From a virus, in IMG/VR virus record IMGVR_UViG_3300046694_000299, positions 1 through 64,000 of that record: 64,000 bases of DNA, one strand, 5' to 3'. Position numbers and translations under genes: made by a program. A model generated the notes under the pieces. The model searched no databases. It was given only the letters and a program-made list of their open reading frames with translations, and had not been told where the DNA came from. How positions within the stretch are numbered: the first letter of the stretch is position 1; the number at the start of each line of letters is the position of its first letter. This document shows, one piece after another, positions 17,077 through 25,538 of the stretch.

Positions 17077-17531
17077 GCGGCTTCTCCTTCCTGGGGCCGG
17101 TTCTCGGCGGGCAGGTCGGCGTCGCAGTAGAAGCCGATGGTCAGGTGCATGCCGTGGTCTTCGACGACCCTCCACACCGCGGGGGCGGTGCAGGGCGGCT
17201 GGCCGGCGTTGTCGGGGATGTGGTTGCTGGTGCAGTCCGCCAGGTCGGTGAAGTCGGGTCGCACCCAGCCGGCCGGGCGGTGGAAGACGCGGACGGTCGG
17301 GCTGGGGTCTTCGTCGTCGGCTTCCGGCTCGTCCGGCTCGCAGTCGTCGTGAATCTCGGGCGGGTCCCCGGCGGCGATACCGCAGTTGCAGCACTCCAGG
17401 GAGGTGCCGCTCTCGCCGGTTTCCGGGATGGCCCACACGATGAGGTGCAGGTTGTCGACGGTCCCACAGCCCTGGCAGGCGGTCGGCCCGGTGTGGCCGT
17501 GCGCTCGGGCGAAGTCGGTCGTGGTGCTCAC
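17073..17531 (-). CDS. Cys-rich acidic hypothetical protein
   Basis: 152-aa ORF with CQGCG and CCNCG. Confidence 0.55.
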   Translation of the reverse strand: MSTTTDFARAHGHTGPTACQGCGTVDNLHLIVWAIPETGESGTSLECCNCGIAAGDPPEIHDDCEPDEPEADDEDPSPTVRVFHRPAGWVRPDFTDLADCTSNHIPDNAGQPPCTAPAVWRVVEDHGMHLTIGFYCDADLPAENRPQEGEAA

Positions 17532-17818
17532 GGGCGGTCTCCTCGGCTGAGGTGCTTGCGGGCACGGGCGATGGCGGCCAGTTCATGAACCTGTGCACTG
17601 ACCTGCGGGTCGAAGTTCGGCGAGTCGACGGCAGGCTCGGGCGGTATGGCGCGGCCGGGGACGATCTGCCAGCCGCACGTCCACACGTAGCGGCAGTTGG
17701 GGCAGCGGTAGCCGGCGATGATCCCTTCGGCGCCGTCGCGGAGTGCGGACTCCGGGAAGACGTCGTAGGTCGGGCAGTTCTCGCAGGCGTCTGCGTAGAG
17801 CGGGTTGGGGTCGGTCAC
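17528..17818 (-). CDS. Zinc-ribbon-like small protein (GTG start)
   Basis: VTDPNPLYADACENCPTYD...YRCPNCRYVW. GTGA overlap with the helicase stop. Confidence 0.5.
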   Translation of the reverse strand: MTDPNPLYADACENCPTYDVFPESALRDGAEGIIAGYRCPNCRYVWTCGWQIVPGRAIPPEPAVDSPNFDPQVSAQVHELAAIARARKHLSRGDRP

Positions 17819-19128
17819 CAGATGGCTCCTGTCTCGCTGTGGCCGGTGAACTCGTTGGCGTCGATGGGGCGGTAGGACATCCAGGGCCACTGCTCGCCCT
17901 GCTTGATGAAGGCGGGCCATTCACGTTCGTCGCGCATGCCGCGCCAGGGGACGACGCGCCGGCCGCGGGCGCCTTCTTCGTTGGCTGCGGACTTCTCGTC
18001 CTCGACGGGGCGCAGGCCGAAGCCGAACTCGGGCCAGCGCATCCACAGTGAGGAGCCGAGGGGGCGGAGGTTGCGGTGGGCGCCTTGCCCGTTGTGGTGG
18101 GGGGCGTGGGCTTCCATGAGGACGGCGCAGCCTGCGGTGGAGCGGGCTTCGTCGATGACGACGGAGACTTTGCGGGCGAGCTCTTCCGAGTTGGGGTCGC
18201 CTGCGTGGAGTCGGTAGATCGGGCCGATGATCAGCACGTCGGGGTTGATCTTCTCGACGCGGCGCATCATCCAGGAGCGGTCCTGTGCGGTCGTGAGGTC
18301 GAGCCCTTCGGGCCTGCACTCGATGTGGAACTGGCCCCGCTTGACCGGCTGCTCCAGGTGGTCCGCTGCATCGAGCAGGGGCCGGAACTTGCGGCGGCTG
18401 GCCGGGGCGCCGTTCTCGCAGTCGAGGGTGAGTACCTTGATCGGCTCAATGGACTGCGAGGTGCGGAACGGGTGGATGCCGGCGGCGAGCGTGACGGACA
18501 TCTGCCGGAGCAGGGTCGACTTGCCGCCCCCCTCGCTGGCGGTGAGGACGAGCCGGTCCATACGTTCGAGGAGGCCGGGGACGATCCAGTCGTAGGCGTC
18601 CTCGTGCTTGACGAAGTCGAGGATGTCCTCGATGACGACGTCGTCGGCTTCCATTCCGCGGTCGCGGAGCTCGCGGCTCATCGTGACGGCCCGCTCGATG
18701 ATCTCGGTGGTTTCGCCGTCGGGGCTGTAGCCCATCTGGACAAGGCGGGTGCCGAGTTCGATGAGCGCGCGGCGCAGGCCGCGGTCCTGGACGATGCCCG
18801 CGTAGTACTCGCCGTTGGCCGCCGTGGGTACGGCCTGGACGAGTTCGTACAGGTAGTTGGGGCCGCCGATGCGGGTGAGGTCGCCGCAGTCGCCGAGGTG
18901 CTTGCCGAGGGTGATCTGGTCGACGGGCTGCCCGGCGAGGAACAGGTTGGCGATCGCGTTGTAGATCGTGACGTGCTGCGGCAGGTAGAACGCTTCGGGG
19001 GCGACGGCGGCCAGGACTTCGGCGCAGGCGAGCGGCGACAGCATGCAGGCGCCGAGGGCGGACTGTTCGGCGGCGAGGTCGCGGGGCGGGGTGCGGCCGG
19101 TGAAGTCGGAGTCGAACTCGTCGGTCAC
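17815..19128 (-). CDS. DnaB-like replicative helicase
   Basis: N-terminal DnaB-type AAEQSALGACMLSP...YNAIANLFLAGQPVDQITL...GGPNYLYEL. Walker A TASEGGGKST. Confidence 0.8.
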   Translation of the reverse strand: MTDEFDSDFTGRTPPRDLAAEQSALGACMLSPLACAEVLAAVAPEAFYLPQHVTIYNAIANLFLAGQPVDQITLGKHLGDCGDLTRIGGPNYLYELVQAVPTAANGEYYAGIVQDRGLRRALIELGTRLVQMGYSPDGETTEIIERAVTMSRELRDRGMEADDVVIEDILDFVKHEDAYDWIVPGLLERMDRLVLTASEGGGKSTLLRQMSVTLAAGIHPFRTSQSIEPIKVLTLDCENGAPASRRKFRPLLDAADHLEQPVKRGQFHIECRPEGLDLTTAQDRSWMMRRVEKINPDVLIIGPIYRLHAGDPNSEELARKVSVVIDEARSTAGCAVLMEAHAPHHNGQGAHRNLRPLGSSLWMRWPEFGFGLRPVEDEKSAANEEGARGRRVVPWRGMRDEREWPAFIKQGEQWPWMSYRPIDANEFTGHSETGAIW

Positions 19129-19371
19129 TTAGAAGATCCCTTTCTCGGCGTAGGCCGCGTAGCCGGTGGCGGGCTTGACGCGGCGGACGATGTCGGCGGG
19201 CATGACGTGCTTGGTGGTCTCGCGGTAGTGGGCGCGCAGGGCGGTGCGGGCGGCCTCGAAGTCGATGTCGTCGAGGACCATCTGCCAGGCGCGGACGTCG
19301 GATTCGCCGAGGGTTCGTTTGTCGATGGCGGCTGCGATGGACAGCAGGTCTGCGGTTTCGGCGAGGGTCAT
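19129..19371 (-). CDS. Hypothetical protein between initiator and helicase
   Basis: 80-aa ORF, tightly packed. Confidence 0.5.
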   Translation of the reverse strand: MTLAETADLLSIAAAIDKRTLGESDVRAWQMVLDDIDFEAARTALRAHYRETTKHVMPADIVRRVKPATGYAAYAEKGIF

Positions 19372-20273
19372 GCGGGCTCCTGGTTGGCGTGGCCGGCTTC
19401 GAGTTCGCGCTGTTCTTGCTCGCGGAACATGGCGGCGAGGGCCTGGCCGGTGGCGACGCGCTGGTCGGCGGTGGACGGGCGAGCCGCAGGGACGGCGTGC
19501 AGCGCGGGCCGCGGAGTGTCTGCGGGCGGGATGGGGGCGAGCTCGCCCCAGGCCGGCATGAAGTAGCGGGCGGAGTCGACGGAGGTGCGGTTCGCGATCT
19601 TGACGGCGACGTCGACCATCGCTGTGGTGCCGGACTTCTTGATCAAGGCGATCAGGGGGAACCAGTCGTTGCCGCGGAAGGGCCAGCGGACGTTGACGCC
19701 AGCGGCGGCGATGCCGTTGATGAGGGGGCGAACGTCGGCGGGGATGCCGTAGTCGAGTTCGACCTCAGCGGCGGGCTGCTGGCTAGCTAGCTTCTTTGAG
19801 TCTGAGGAGTCTGAGGAGAAGGGGGGAGCCACGGCACCTTCTGAAGGAGCCACGGCACCTTCTGAGTGAGCCCCTGCTCCCCCTTGGGGCTTCGAAGGGG
19901 TAGCGGGGGCTCCCCCTTGGGGTAGCCCCGGCTCTCCCTTGTCTACGGAAGGGGTAGCCCCTGCTCCCCCTTCGAAATGAGGCACGAAGAACGTCATTCG
20001 GGTGCCGGGCACCGCGTACAGCGCGCGACCGTCCTTGCCCTTCCCGATCGGCACGCGGAACTCCCAGCCGGCCGCGGCGAGTCGCTTGAGGGCGTTGCGG
20101 ATGACACTGCCGTCCTTGGCGCCGGTCCAGCGGGCGAGATCTTCCAGGGCCACCCAGCTGCGCCGCGTCCGCTCGTTCGCGTCGTCGGCGATCTCCAGGG
20201 CAACGGCGCGCTGGAGGCCGGAGATGTCCGGTCCCAGTGCTTCACGCAGTTGGCGGCGGAGCTCGTAGCCCAT
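19368..20273 (-). CDS. Replication-initiator/organiser-like protein: winged-helix N-terminus, low-complexity linker, C-terminal domain
   Basis: Start re-placed to MGYELRRQLREAL. It sits upstream of the helicase and carries an internal DNA repeat cluster. Confidence 0.5.
   Translation of the reverse strand: MGYELRRQLREALGPDISGLQRAVALEIADDANERTRRSWVALEDLARWTGAKDGSVIRNALKRLAAAGWEFRVPIGKGKDGRALYAVPGTRMTFFVPHFEGGAGATPSVDKGEPGLPQGGAPATPSKPQGGAGAHSEGAVAPSEGAVAPPFSSDSSDSKKLASQQPAAEVELDYGIPADVRPLINGIAAAGVNVRWPFRGNDWFPLIALIKKSGTTAMVDVAVKIANRTSVDSARYFMPAWGELAPIPPADTPRPALHAVPAARPSTADQRVATGQALAAMFREQEQRELEAGHANQEPA
19798..19976. repeat. Iteron-like repeat cluster inside the initiator gene
   Basis: TCTGAGGAG x2 (19801-19818). 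20-bp GGAGCCACGGCACCTTCTGA x2 (19825-19844, 19846-19865). 17-bp AGCCCCTGCTCCCCCTT x2 (19869-19885, 19956-19972). GGGGTAGC x3. CTTCGAA palindromes. Confidence 0.7.
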
Positions 20274-20368
20274 CAGTTCTCTTCTCTCAGGAGGGGTGTC
20301 GCTCGTTCCGGCTGCTTGCTCAGGACAGCCCTCATGGGGGCGCTCGATGCGGCTGGCGCATTGCGCTA

Positions 20369-20431
20369 TAGCCAACATACACTTGGCCACATGAATGTTG
20401 GCTACTGTTGTGCAACTGGATGTGGCCACAT
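20369..20431. promoter_or_regulatory. Operator-like palindromes in the divergent gap
   Basis: TAGCCAACAT (20369-78) pairs with ATGTTGGCTA (20395-404). Perfect 12-bp palindrome ATGTGGCCACAT (20420-31). TGGCCACAT also at 20384-92. Confidence 0.4.
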
Positions 20432-20451
20432 CGCCGTGGGACCATGCCGCC

Positions 20452-20715
20452 ATGACCGAGGAGGAAGTCGTGACCCGCCTGAAGCAGGCAGCCACCGCGA
20501 AGCGCGCCGCAGAAGAGGCCGCTACCGCGCAGTTCGAGAACGCCGTGGTAGACGCGCTGCGCTCCGGACTCAAGCCCAAAACGGTTGCCGACGCGACCGA
20601 CTACAGCTACGAAACGATCCGGCGCATCGCCAGGAAGTACGACATCGGCCGCCTGCGCGAGCCGACCGTCACCAGCAGGAAGAAAGCCCAGCCGGGAGGC
20701 GACTCCCCGGCCTGA
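20452..20715 (+). CDS. Small HTH protein
   Basis: MTEEEVVTRLKQ...TVADATDYSYETIRRIARKY. Confidence 0.5.
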   Translation: MTEEEVVTRLKQAATAKRAAEEAATAQFENAVVDALRSGLKPKTVADATDYSYETIRRIARKYDIGRLREPTVTSRKKAQPGGDSPA

Positions 20716-20730
20716 CCGAGGAGACGTCTC

Positions 20731-21195
20731 TTGTATCTCGACGACCACCGCACCGCCCTGTACCGCTTCTACGACGAGGGCGGTGCTTTGCTGTACGTCG
20801 GCATCACGGCGAACACGGAAGAGCGCTTCGCTCACCACAAGAACTACAAGGCATGGTGGCCGGAGGTCGCCGAGACCACGATCGAGTGGTTCGACAGTCG
20901 CCCGCCGGCGCTCGCTGCTGAGCTCCGGGCCATCCATGACGAGCGGCCCGTCTACAACATCAACGGAACCCCTTGGGCCTCCGCACGGCGCGAGCTTGAG
21001 CCAGAGGAGCGCACGGTCACTGAGCTGAAGCGCAATCTCACTGATCAGTGCCGGCGCGTCAGGCTGCGAGGAGAGTCGCTGATCGTGGTCGATAGCACGA
21101 AAGCCCGCAAGCCCGTCGCCGCCCTCGTGTCGTTCGACTTCTACGAGCGAGCCATCGCGGCGCTCGCTCAACTCGACGCCGCGGCCTCCGGCTGA
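20731..21195 (+). CDS. GIY-YIG nuclease domain fused to a Phd/YefM-antitoxin-like C-terminal domain (TTG start)
   Basis: N-terminus ALYRFYDEGGALLYVGIT...ELRAIHDERPVYN. C-terminus TVTELKRNLTDQCRRVRLRGESLIVVDSTKARKPVAALVSFDFYE. Confidence 0.6.
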   Translation: MYLDDHRTALYRFYDEGGALLYVGITANTEERFAHHKNYKAWWPEVAETTIEWFDSRPPALAAELRAIHDERPVYNINGTPWASARRELEPEERTVTELKRNLTDQCRRVRLRGESLIVVDSTKARKPVAALVSFDFYERAIAALAQLDAAASG

Positions 21196-21217
21196 CCTCA
21201 TCGCTCCTCCTTCCTCC

Positions 21218-21242
21218 AAGCCCCGCCTGTACGGCGGGGCTT
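21218..21242. terminator. Bidirectional stem-loop between convergent genes
   Basis: AAGCCCCGCC, loop TGTAC, GGCGGGGCTT: perfect 10-bp stem. Confidence 0.65.
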
Positions 21243-21255
21243 CGTCGTGTCCGGG

Positions 21256-21441
21256 CTAGGGCTGGTCGCCCTGGGCTGCGGGGTGTGCGGCCCAGCCGGC
21301 GGGGTTGTGTAGTTCGCAGCGCCAGCCGACGGCGTACAGCCGTGCGGGCTCCCCGCAGACGGGCCGGCCGGTGTCGCACTTGCCGGGCGTGACCTTGGGC
21401 CGGGGCGGCGGGGTGACGGTGATCCGCTTCGGCTCGCTCAC
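21256..21441 (-). CDS. 61-aa Cys-containing protein (GTG start)
   Basis: VSEPKRITVTPPPRPKVTPGKCDTGRPVCGEP... GTGA overlap. Confidence 0.4.
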   Translation of the reverse strand: MSEPKRITVTPPPRPKVTPGKCDTGRPVCGEPARLYAVGWRCELHNPAGWAAHPAAQGDQP

Positions 21442-21866
21442 GCCGCCACCTCCCCGAAGATCGCCGCGTACTGCTCGCGCATCGCCTGGTCGTCGACGTG
21501 GTCGGGGTGGACGCAGCCGTCTCGGCCGCAGCCGGTTCGGGTGATGCCGACGGGTTCGCGGTGGTGGGCAAGCCGGAATGCGATCTTGTGGGCGCTGTGG
21601 TTGTGGTCGCGGTGCTTGAGAAGGCAGGCCCGTCCGGGCTTGTAGAAGGGCCACAGGAGGTGCCCGTCGTCGGTGGGGACGACGCGCCGCCAGAAGGCGT
21701 CCTCGAGGGTTTGTCCGCGGAGCGGGTTGCCGGGCTTGTGAGGCGGGATGCCGAGCTCGTTGCGCAGCTTGCGGACTTGACGCTTGGAGACGTTGAGCTG
21801 GCGTTCGATGCCGCGGTCCGTGTGGCCGGCGCGCAGGAGTTCGACGATGGCGGCGCGGGTGTTCAC
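21438..21866 (-). CDS. HTH plus HNH endonuclease (GTG start)
   Basis: RGIERQLNVSKRQVRKLRNELG. HNH-type HRDHNHSAHKIAF...CVHPDH. Confidence 0.65.
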   Translation of the reverse strand: MNTRAAIVELLRAGHTDRGIERQLNVSKRQVRKLRNELGIPPHKPGNPLRGQTLEDAFWRRVVPTDDGHLLWPFYKPGRACLLKHRDHNHSAHKIAFRLAHHREPVGITRTGCGRDGCVHPDHVDDQAMREQYAAIFGEVAA

Positions 21867-22264
21867 GCGGCCTCCCCCATCTGCTCGCGGTAGACCTCGG
21901 CGATGCGCCACACGGTGCGGACGTGGCAGCCGACGACGTCGGCGATTTCGTAGGCGTCCATGCCGCCGCGCTCGAGGAGGCGGAAGACTTTCTGGCGACG
22001 ATCGGCGTCTCGCCGCCGGCGCTCGTTGCCTCCGGCGATCGTGGAGCGGGTTCGCGGGAGTTGGGCGCCCCACAGGCCGTGGCGGCGGTTGTGCGCCAGC
22101 TCGCCTTCCGTGGCCTGGGCGAAGTCGGCGCACTGCTGCTGTACGGGGCAGCTGGCGCAGATCTTCTTGGCGTCGGAGTAGCCGGCCCCGCTGCCTTCCG
22201 GGTGCCACAGGTCGGGGTCGGTCTGTGCGCAGCGCGCGTCTTCCATCCAGTCGTAGCGGCTCAT
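21863..22264 (-). CDS. WhiB-family Fe-S regulator with an extra C-terminal HTH
   Basis: C12-x24-C37-x2-C40-x5-C46 and GLWG turn, then RRRRDADRRQKVF...AYEIADVVGCHVRTVWRIAE. Confidence 0.8.
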   Translation of the reverse strand: MSRYDWMEDARCAQTDPDLWHPEGSGAGYSDAKKICASCPVQQQCADFAQATEGELAHNRRHGLWGAQLPRTRSTIAGGNERRRRDADRRQKVFRLLERGGMDAYEIADVVGCHVRTVWRIAEVYREQMGEAA

Positions 22265-22542
22265 CGGCCGATCTCCTCTCGTGTGGGTTGGTTCCAGGTG
22301 ACGCGGATGGCGAGGTAGTCGAGGACGCCTTGCTCGCTGGCGGTCTGCCGGGGTGCGGGCCGGCTTTGCATGCGGGCGAGGTCCCAGTGGTGCCGCATCC
22401 GGCGTCCGGTCCAGATGGCGCAGTGGGTGGTCCAGTAGCCGGCGATGGCGGTCACGGCCGCGGTGGTTGCGGCGAGGATCGTCACGGATATGGCCAGGCC
22501 CCAGTAGGCGGTCTCGAGGACGGCGGCCAGGTTGTCCCTCAC
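22261..22542 (-). CDS. Membrane protein
   Basis: 93 aa. TM helix WGLAISVTILAATTAAVTAIAGYW. Confidence 0.5.
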   Translation of the reverse strand: MRDNLAAVLETAYWGLAISVTILAATTAAVTAIAGYWTTHCAIWTGRRMRHHWDLARMQSRPAPRQTASEQGVLDYLAIRVTWNQPTREEIGR

Positions 22543-22622
22543 GTCCGCCTCCCGGCGATGGAGGCGTAGGCGACAGCGGCGATCCCGGCCATCAGGGCGA
22601 GGCAGGCGACGGTGAGGGCCAT
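22539..22622 (-). CDS. 27-aa single-TM micro-protein
   Basis: MALTVACLALMAGIAAVAYASIAGRRT. ATGA overlaps on both sides. Confidence 0.3.
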   Translation of the reverse strand: MALTVACLALMAGIAAVAYASIAGRRT

Positions 22623-22996
22623 CAGGCGGCCCGCCTCTGCTGCTGGCGGGCGTTGCGGCGCTGGGTGGCGATGGCGCGGCCCTTGTCGGTGAGGCGCCAG
22701 ACGGCGATGCGGTGGGCGTGCGTGTTGGCCTGTGTGGACGGCACCATGCGGTCGGTGTGGGCGATGATCCCGCCGGTGCGCAGGCTGTTGATGGCGGCGC
22801 CGAGGAAGCCGTGGCCGAGCTCCGGGAGGACGTCGCGGAGGTCGTTGCAGGACCATTCGGTGTGGCGCTGGCCGAAGTGGAAGACGGCCTGCTCGACGAT
22901 GAACTGATCCCAGGAGGACTGGTCGGCTATCTCCTCGAGCAGGAGATCCTTTTCGGCGGTGGCGAGTCGTTCAGCAGGGGTGAGCTTGCGGGCCAT
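22622..22996 (-). CDS. Hypothetical protein (possible winged helix)
   Basis: Start re-placed to MARKLTPAERLA. 124 aa. Confidence 0.5.
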   Translation of the reverse strand: MARKLTPAERLATAEKDLLLEEIADQSSWDQFIVEQAVFHFGQRHTEWSCNDLRDVLPELGHGFLGAAINSLRTGGIIAHTDRMVPSTQANTHAHRIAVWRLTDKGRAIATQRRNARQQQRRAA

Positions 22997-23075
22997 GGCG
23001 GGCTCCTTGAGGCTGTGATGTCCTTGGTTGAGGGGCCGGCCCGATTCCCGCGGGCCGGCCTTCGGTGTGTGCGGG

Positions 23076-24050
23076 CTACTGCTGGGCGTTCTTGAGCGCG
23101 GTGCCGCGTTCCTTGATGAAGTCGCCGAGGTTGGTCGGCTCGCCCGTCGTCGGGTGCAGGAACGGCGTGGCGAGGGCGCCGTGCGACTCGATGTCCCGGT
23201 ACGCGGCGAGAAGGCTCTCCGGTGTGGCGTTCTCGGCAGTGGCGGCATCGATCCACGCGGACGGGTCGACGGCCTCGACTCCGTCGTTGAGCCAGTCCAG
23301 GAGCGGCTTGGCGATGTCCGTGCCACCGTCGGGCCGCTCGAGCACCTGGTTGTGGAGGGCGGGGCAGCGGGACTTGAGGATCCTCAGCGTGTTCGTCACG
23401 TCCATGGCGCCGACGACGTCGAACTCGTACTCCACGCCCTTGCGCTGTTCGGCCCGCATCCCCATCGCCACGGGCTCCTTGCGCCCGCGGTCGTTCTCCT
23501 GGAGGACCCATTCGGTGTGGGAGCGCATCGTGACGACGACGTGTCCGGGGAAGGAGAGGAGGGCGTCGATCATGTCGTTCTGCATCGGAGTGCCCTCCTT
23601 CCAGCCCGCGAAGGAGTTGCCGCCGTACCGGGACTTGGCCTTGTCGACCTGCTCCAGCGTTCCGTCGGTGCCCTTCCAGTAGTGGGAGAGGGAGTCGACG
23701 AGGACGACGTCGTAGCCGGCCTGGGCTGCGGCGGCGAGTGCCTTGACGAGGTCGCGGGGGTCGAAGCGCTGCATCTGGAGGACGTCGAACTGGATGCCGT
23801 TGATGCCGACGTACTTGGATGCGGCGCCGCGCTCGGTGTCGATGACGGCGAACCGCTTGCCGTCCGACAGGCCGTTGGCGAGGGCGAGGGACGTCCACGT
23901 CTTCCCGGACCCGGACACGCCCTGCAGGGCGATGCGAGCCTTGGCCTGCTCCTTGGTGGCCGGGCGGAAGGTGAAGCCGCCGGTCTCGTACTCGTCGGGC
24001 TGGTTCTGCTGCTGGCGTCCGGTGCGGACAGGCTGAGGGAGCTGGTTCAT
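23076..24050 (-). CDS. RecA-fold ATPase, Sak4/AAA_24-like recombination protein
   Basis: Start re-placed to MNQLPQP. Walker A LQGVSGSGKTW, Walker B VVLVDSLSHYW. Confidence 0.7.
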   Translation of the reverse strand: MNQLPQPVRTGRQQQNQPDEYETGGFTFRPATKEQAKARIALQGVSGSGKTWTSLALANGLSDGKRFAVIDTERGAASKYVGINGIQFDVLQMQRFDPRDLVKALAAAAQAGYDVVLVDSLSHYWKGTDGTLEQVDKAKSRYGGNSFAGWKEGTPMQNDMIDALLSFPGHVVVTMRSHTEWVLQENDRGRKEPVAMGMRAEQRKGVEYEFDVVGAMDVTNTLRILKSRCPALHNQVLERPDGGTDIAKPLLDWLNDGVEAVDPSAWIDAATAENATPESLLAAYRDIESHGALATPFLHPTTGEPTNLGDFIKERGTALKNAQQ

Positions 24051-24060
24051 CGGGTTTCTC

Positions 24061-24897
24061 CTAGGCGTACTGGCGCTCGACCCACGAGGGCAGCGAGACG
24101 AGAGGGGTTTGCAGGTAGCCGGGCCACTCGCCGGACTCACGGCAGAGGGAGTAGGTGTTGAGGGCGCGCTCGTTGAGGTAGCGGCCGATGCTGCTGGCAG
24201 CCGAGTCGAGTTCGATCACCGAGACCAGGTAGGGCGGTTCCTTCTCCTGGAAGATGAACTTGAACGGGCAGACCAGCTCGGTCAGTCCGAGCTCCAGGGC
24301 GCCGTCCCGGTAGTACTCCTGCTGCTGGTGGTAGCCGTAGTCGTAGACGTGCTTGCCGAGGTTCGCCGGGTTGGCGGTGCGGCAGGACTTGTAGTCGACG
24401 AGTTGGCCGTCGTGGCGGGCCCAGTCGATGCGGATGCGGCGCCAGACGCCCCGGTCGTTCCAGATGACGGTGCGTTCGGCGACACCGCTGCCGGGCTCGA
24501 GGAGCTCCGCGGCCTCGGGGTGGGCGCGAAGGGCGGCGGCCATGGCGTGGACCTTGTCGAGGTCGCGCTGCTTGAGCGGGATGTTCCCGGCCTCACGGAT
24601 CTCCTTGACCAGGGCCTTGACCTCGTTGGTGTTCCAGATGTCCCGCTCGACGAGGACCAGTTCGGGCCCGTCACCGAGGACGACCTTGTGCGCGGCGGTG
24701 CCGAAGTCGAACTCCTTCTTGTACGGCTCCGGGTTGTCGAGCCAGTACTTGAAGGCGGCAGGACATTCGTTGGCGAGCTTGCGGGCGCCGGTAGAGGAGA
24801 GGCTCCCGCCGGGGACCGGATCGCTGTGGTACAGCGCGGCATCGATCTCGTACACGCCGGGCTGCACCTCGGCCGGCGCCTCCACCGCGGCGGTCAC
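24061..24897 (-). CDS. PD-(D/E)XK (RecB/Cas4-like) exonuclease
   Basis: GTAAHKVVL...RIDW...LVDYKS...YHQQQEYY motif series. Adjacent to the Sak4-like gene. Confidence 0.65.
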   Translation of the reverse strand: MTAAVEAPAEVQPGVYEIDAALYHSDPVPGGSLSSTGARKLANECPAAFKYWLDNPEPYKKEFDFGTAAHKVVLGDGPELVLVERDIWNTNEVKALVKEIREAGNIPLKQRDLDKVHAMAAALRAHPEAAELLEPGSGVAERTVIWNDRGVWRRIRIDWARHDGQLVDYKSCRTANPANLGKHVYDYGYHQQQEYYRDGALELGLTELVCPFKFIFQEKEPPYLVSVIELDSAASSIGRYLNERALNTYSLCRESGEWPGYLQTPLVSLPSWVERQYA

Positions 24898-25166
24898 TGG
24901 GTCCGTCCGCGGGCGATGTTGTCGACGATGCGGGCGGCGGACTCGCAGCCGGGGGCCGTGCGAAGCGTGTTGGCGGCGTCGCGCAGAACGTCAGCCGCGT
25001 AGTTGTTCATGAGGCTCAGCCCGTTCTTGCCGAGGTGGCCCCCGTCCTCCAGGGCGCTTCGCAGTTCGGCTGCGGGGGTGCAGTCCTCGCAGACCCCGTC
25101 CTTTGTGAAGGGCCCGTCTTCGTCGCCGCAGCTGGTGCAGCGCAGTGGCTGCCGGATGGTGGTCAT
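24894..25166 (-). CDS. Hypothetical protein
   Basis: 90-aa ORF with CTSCG...CEDC. Confidence 0.5.
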   Translation of the reverse strand: MTTIRQPLRCTSCGDEDGPFTKDGVCEDCTPAAELRSALEDGGHLGKNGLSLMNNYAADVLRDAANTLRTAPGCESAARIVDNIARGRTQ

Positions 25167-25405
25167 CAGAACGGGTACTCCTCGCGGGTGGTGGTGCGGG
25201 TCCAGAGCGGCAGTCGCCAGGTACGGAGCTCGTCAAGGCAGTGGCAGTCCTCCCAGTCGGGGTCGCCGCTGTAGGTGAGCCAGCCGTGGCCGCCGCGCCC
25301 GTAGCAGGCGCCGCAGGTCGGGTCGGGTTTCGGTGTCCGGGTGAGGTACACGGCCCGCTGGTGCAGTTCGAACTGCCAGCGGCCGAAGGTGCGGGTGAGG
25401 TACAT
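25166..25405 (-). CDS. Hypothetical Cys-containing protein
   Basis: Start re-placed to MYLTRTFGRWQFEL. Confidence 0.5.
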   Translation of the reverse strand: MYLTRTFGRWQFELHQRAVYLTRTPKPDPTCGACYGRGGHGWLTYSGDPDWEDCHCLDELRTWRLPLWTRTTTREEYPF

Positions 25406-25434
25406 GAGGTCTCGTTTCGGGGTGCACTGAAGGT

Positions 25435-25480
25435 GGGCCGCCAGCCCCAGCCGGGGGGGTTGGTCCGGGGCTGGCGGCCC
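25435..25480 (-). terminator. Strong internal stem-loop (attenuator/terminator candidate)
   Basis: GGGCCGCCAGCCCC pairs with GGGGCTGGCGGCCC: 14-bp perfect stem. Confidence 0.4.
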
Positions 25481-25538
25481 TGGATGCCGCGGAGCGCGAG
25501 GGGGGCGCGCTACACCGCGGCGGTATGGGAGGCGTTGG

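Noticed and set aside
20355-20366. GGCGCATTGCGC occurs at both 20355 and 31454, each upstream of a plus-strand gene.
   Set aside because: A 12-mer shared twice is within chance expectation for this window size and base composition.
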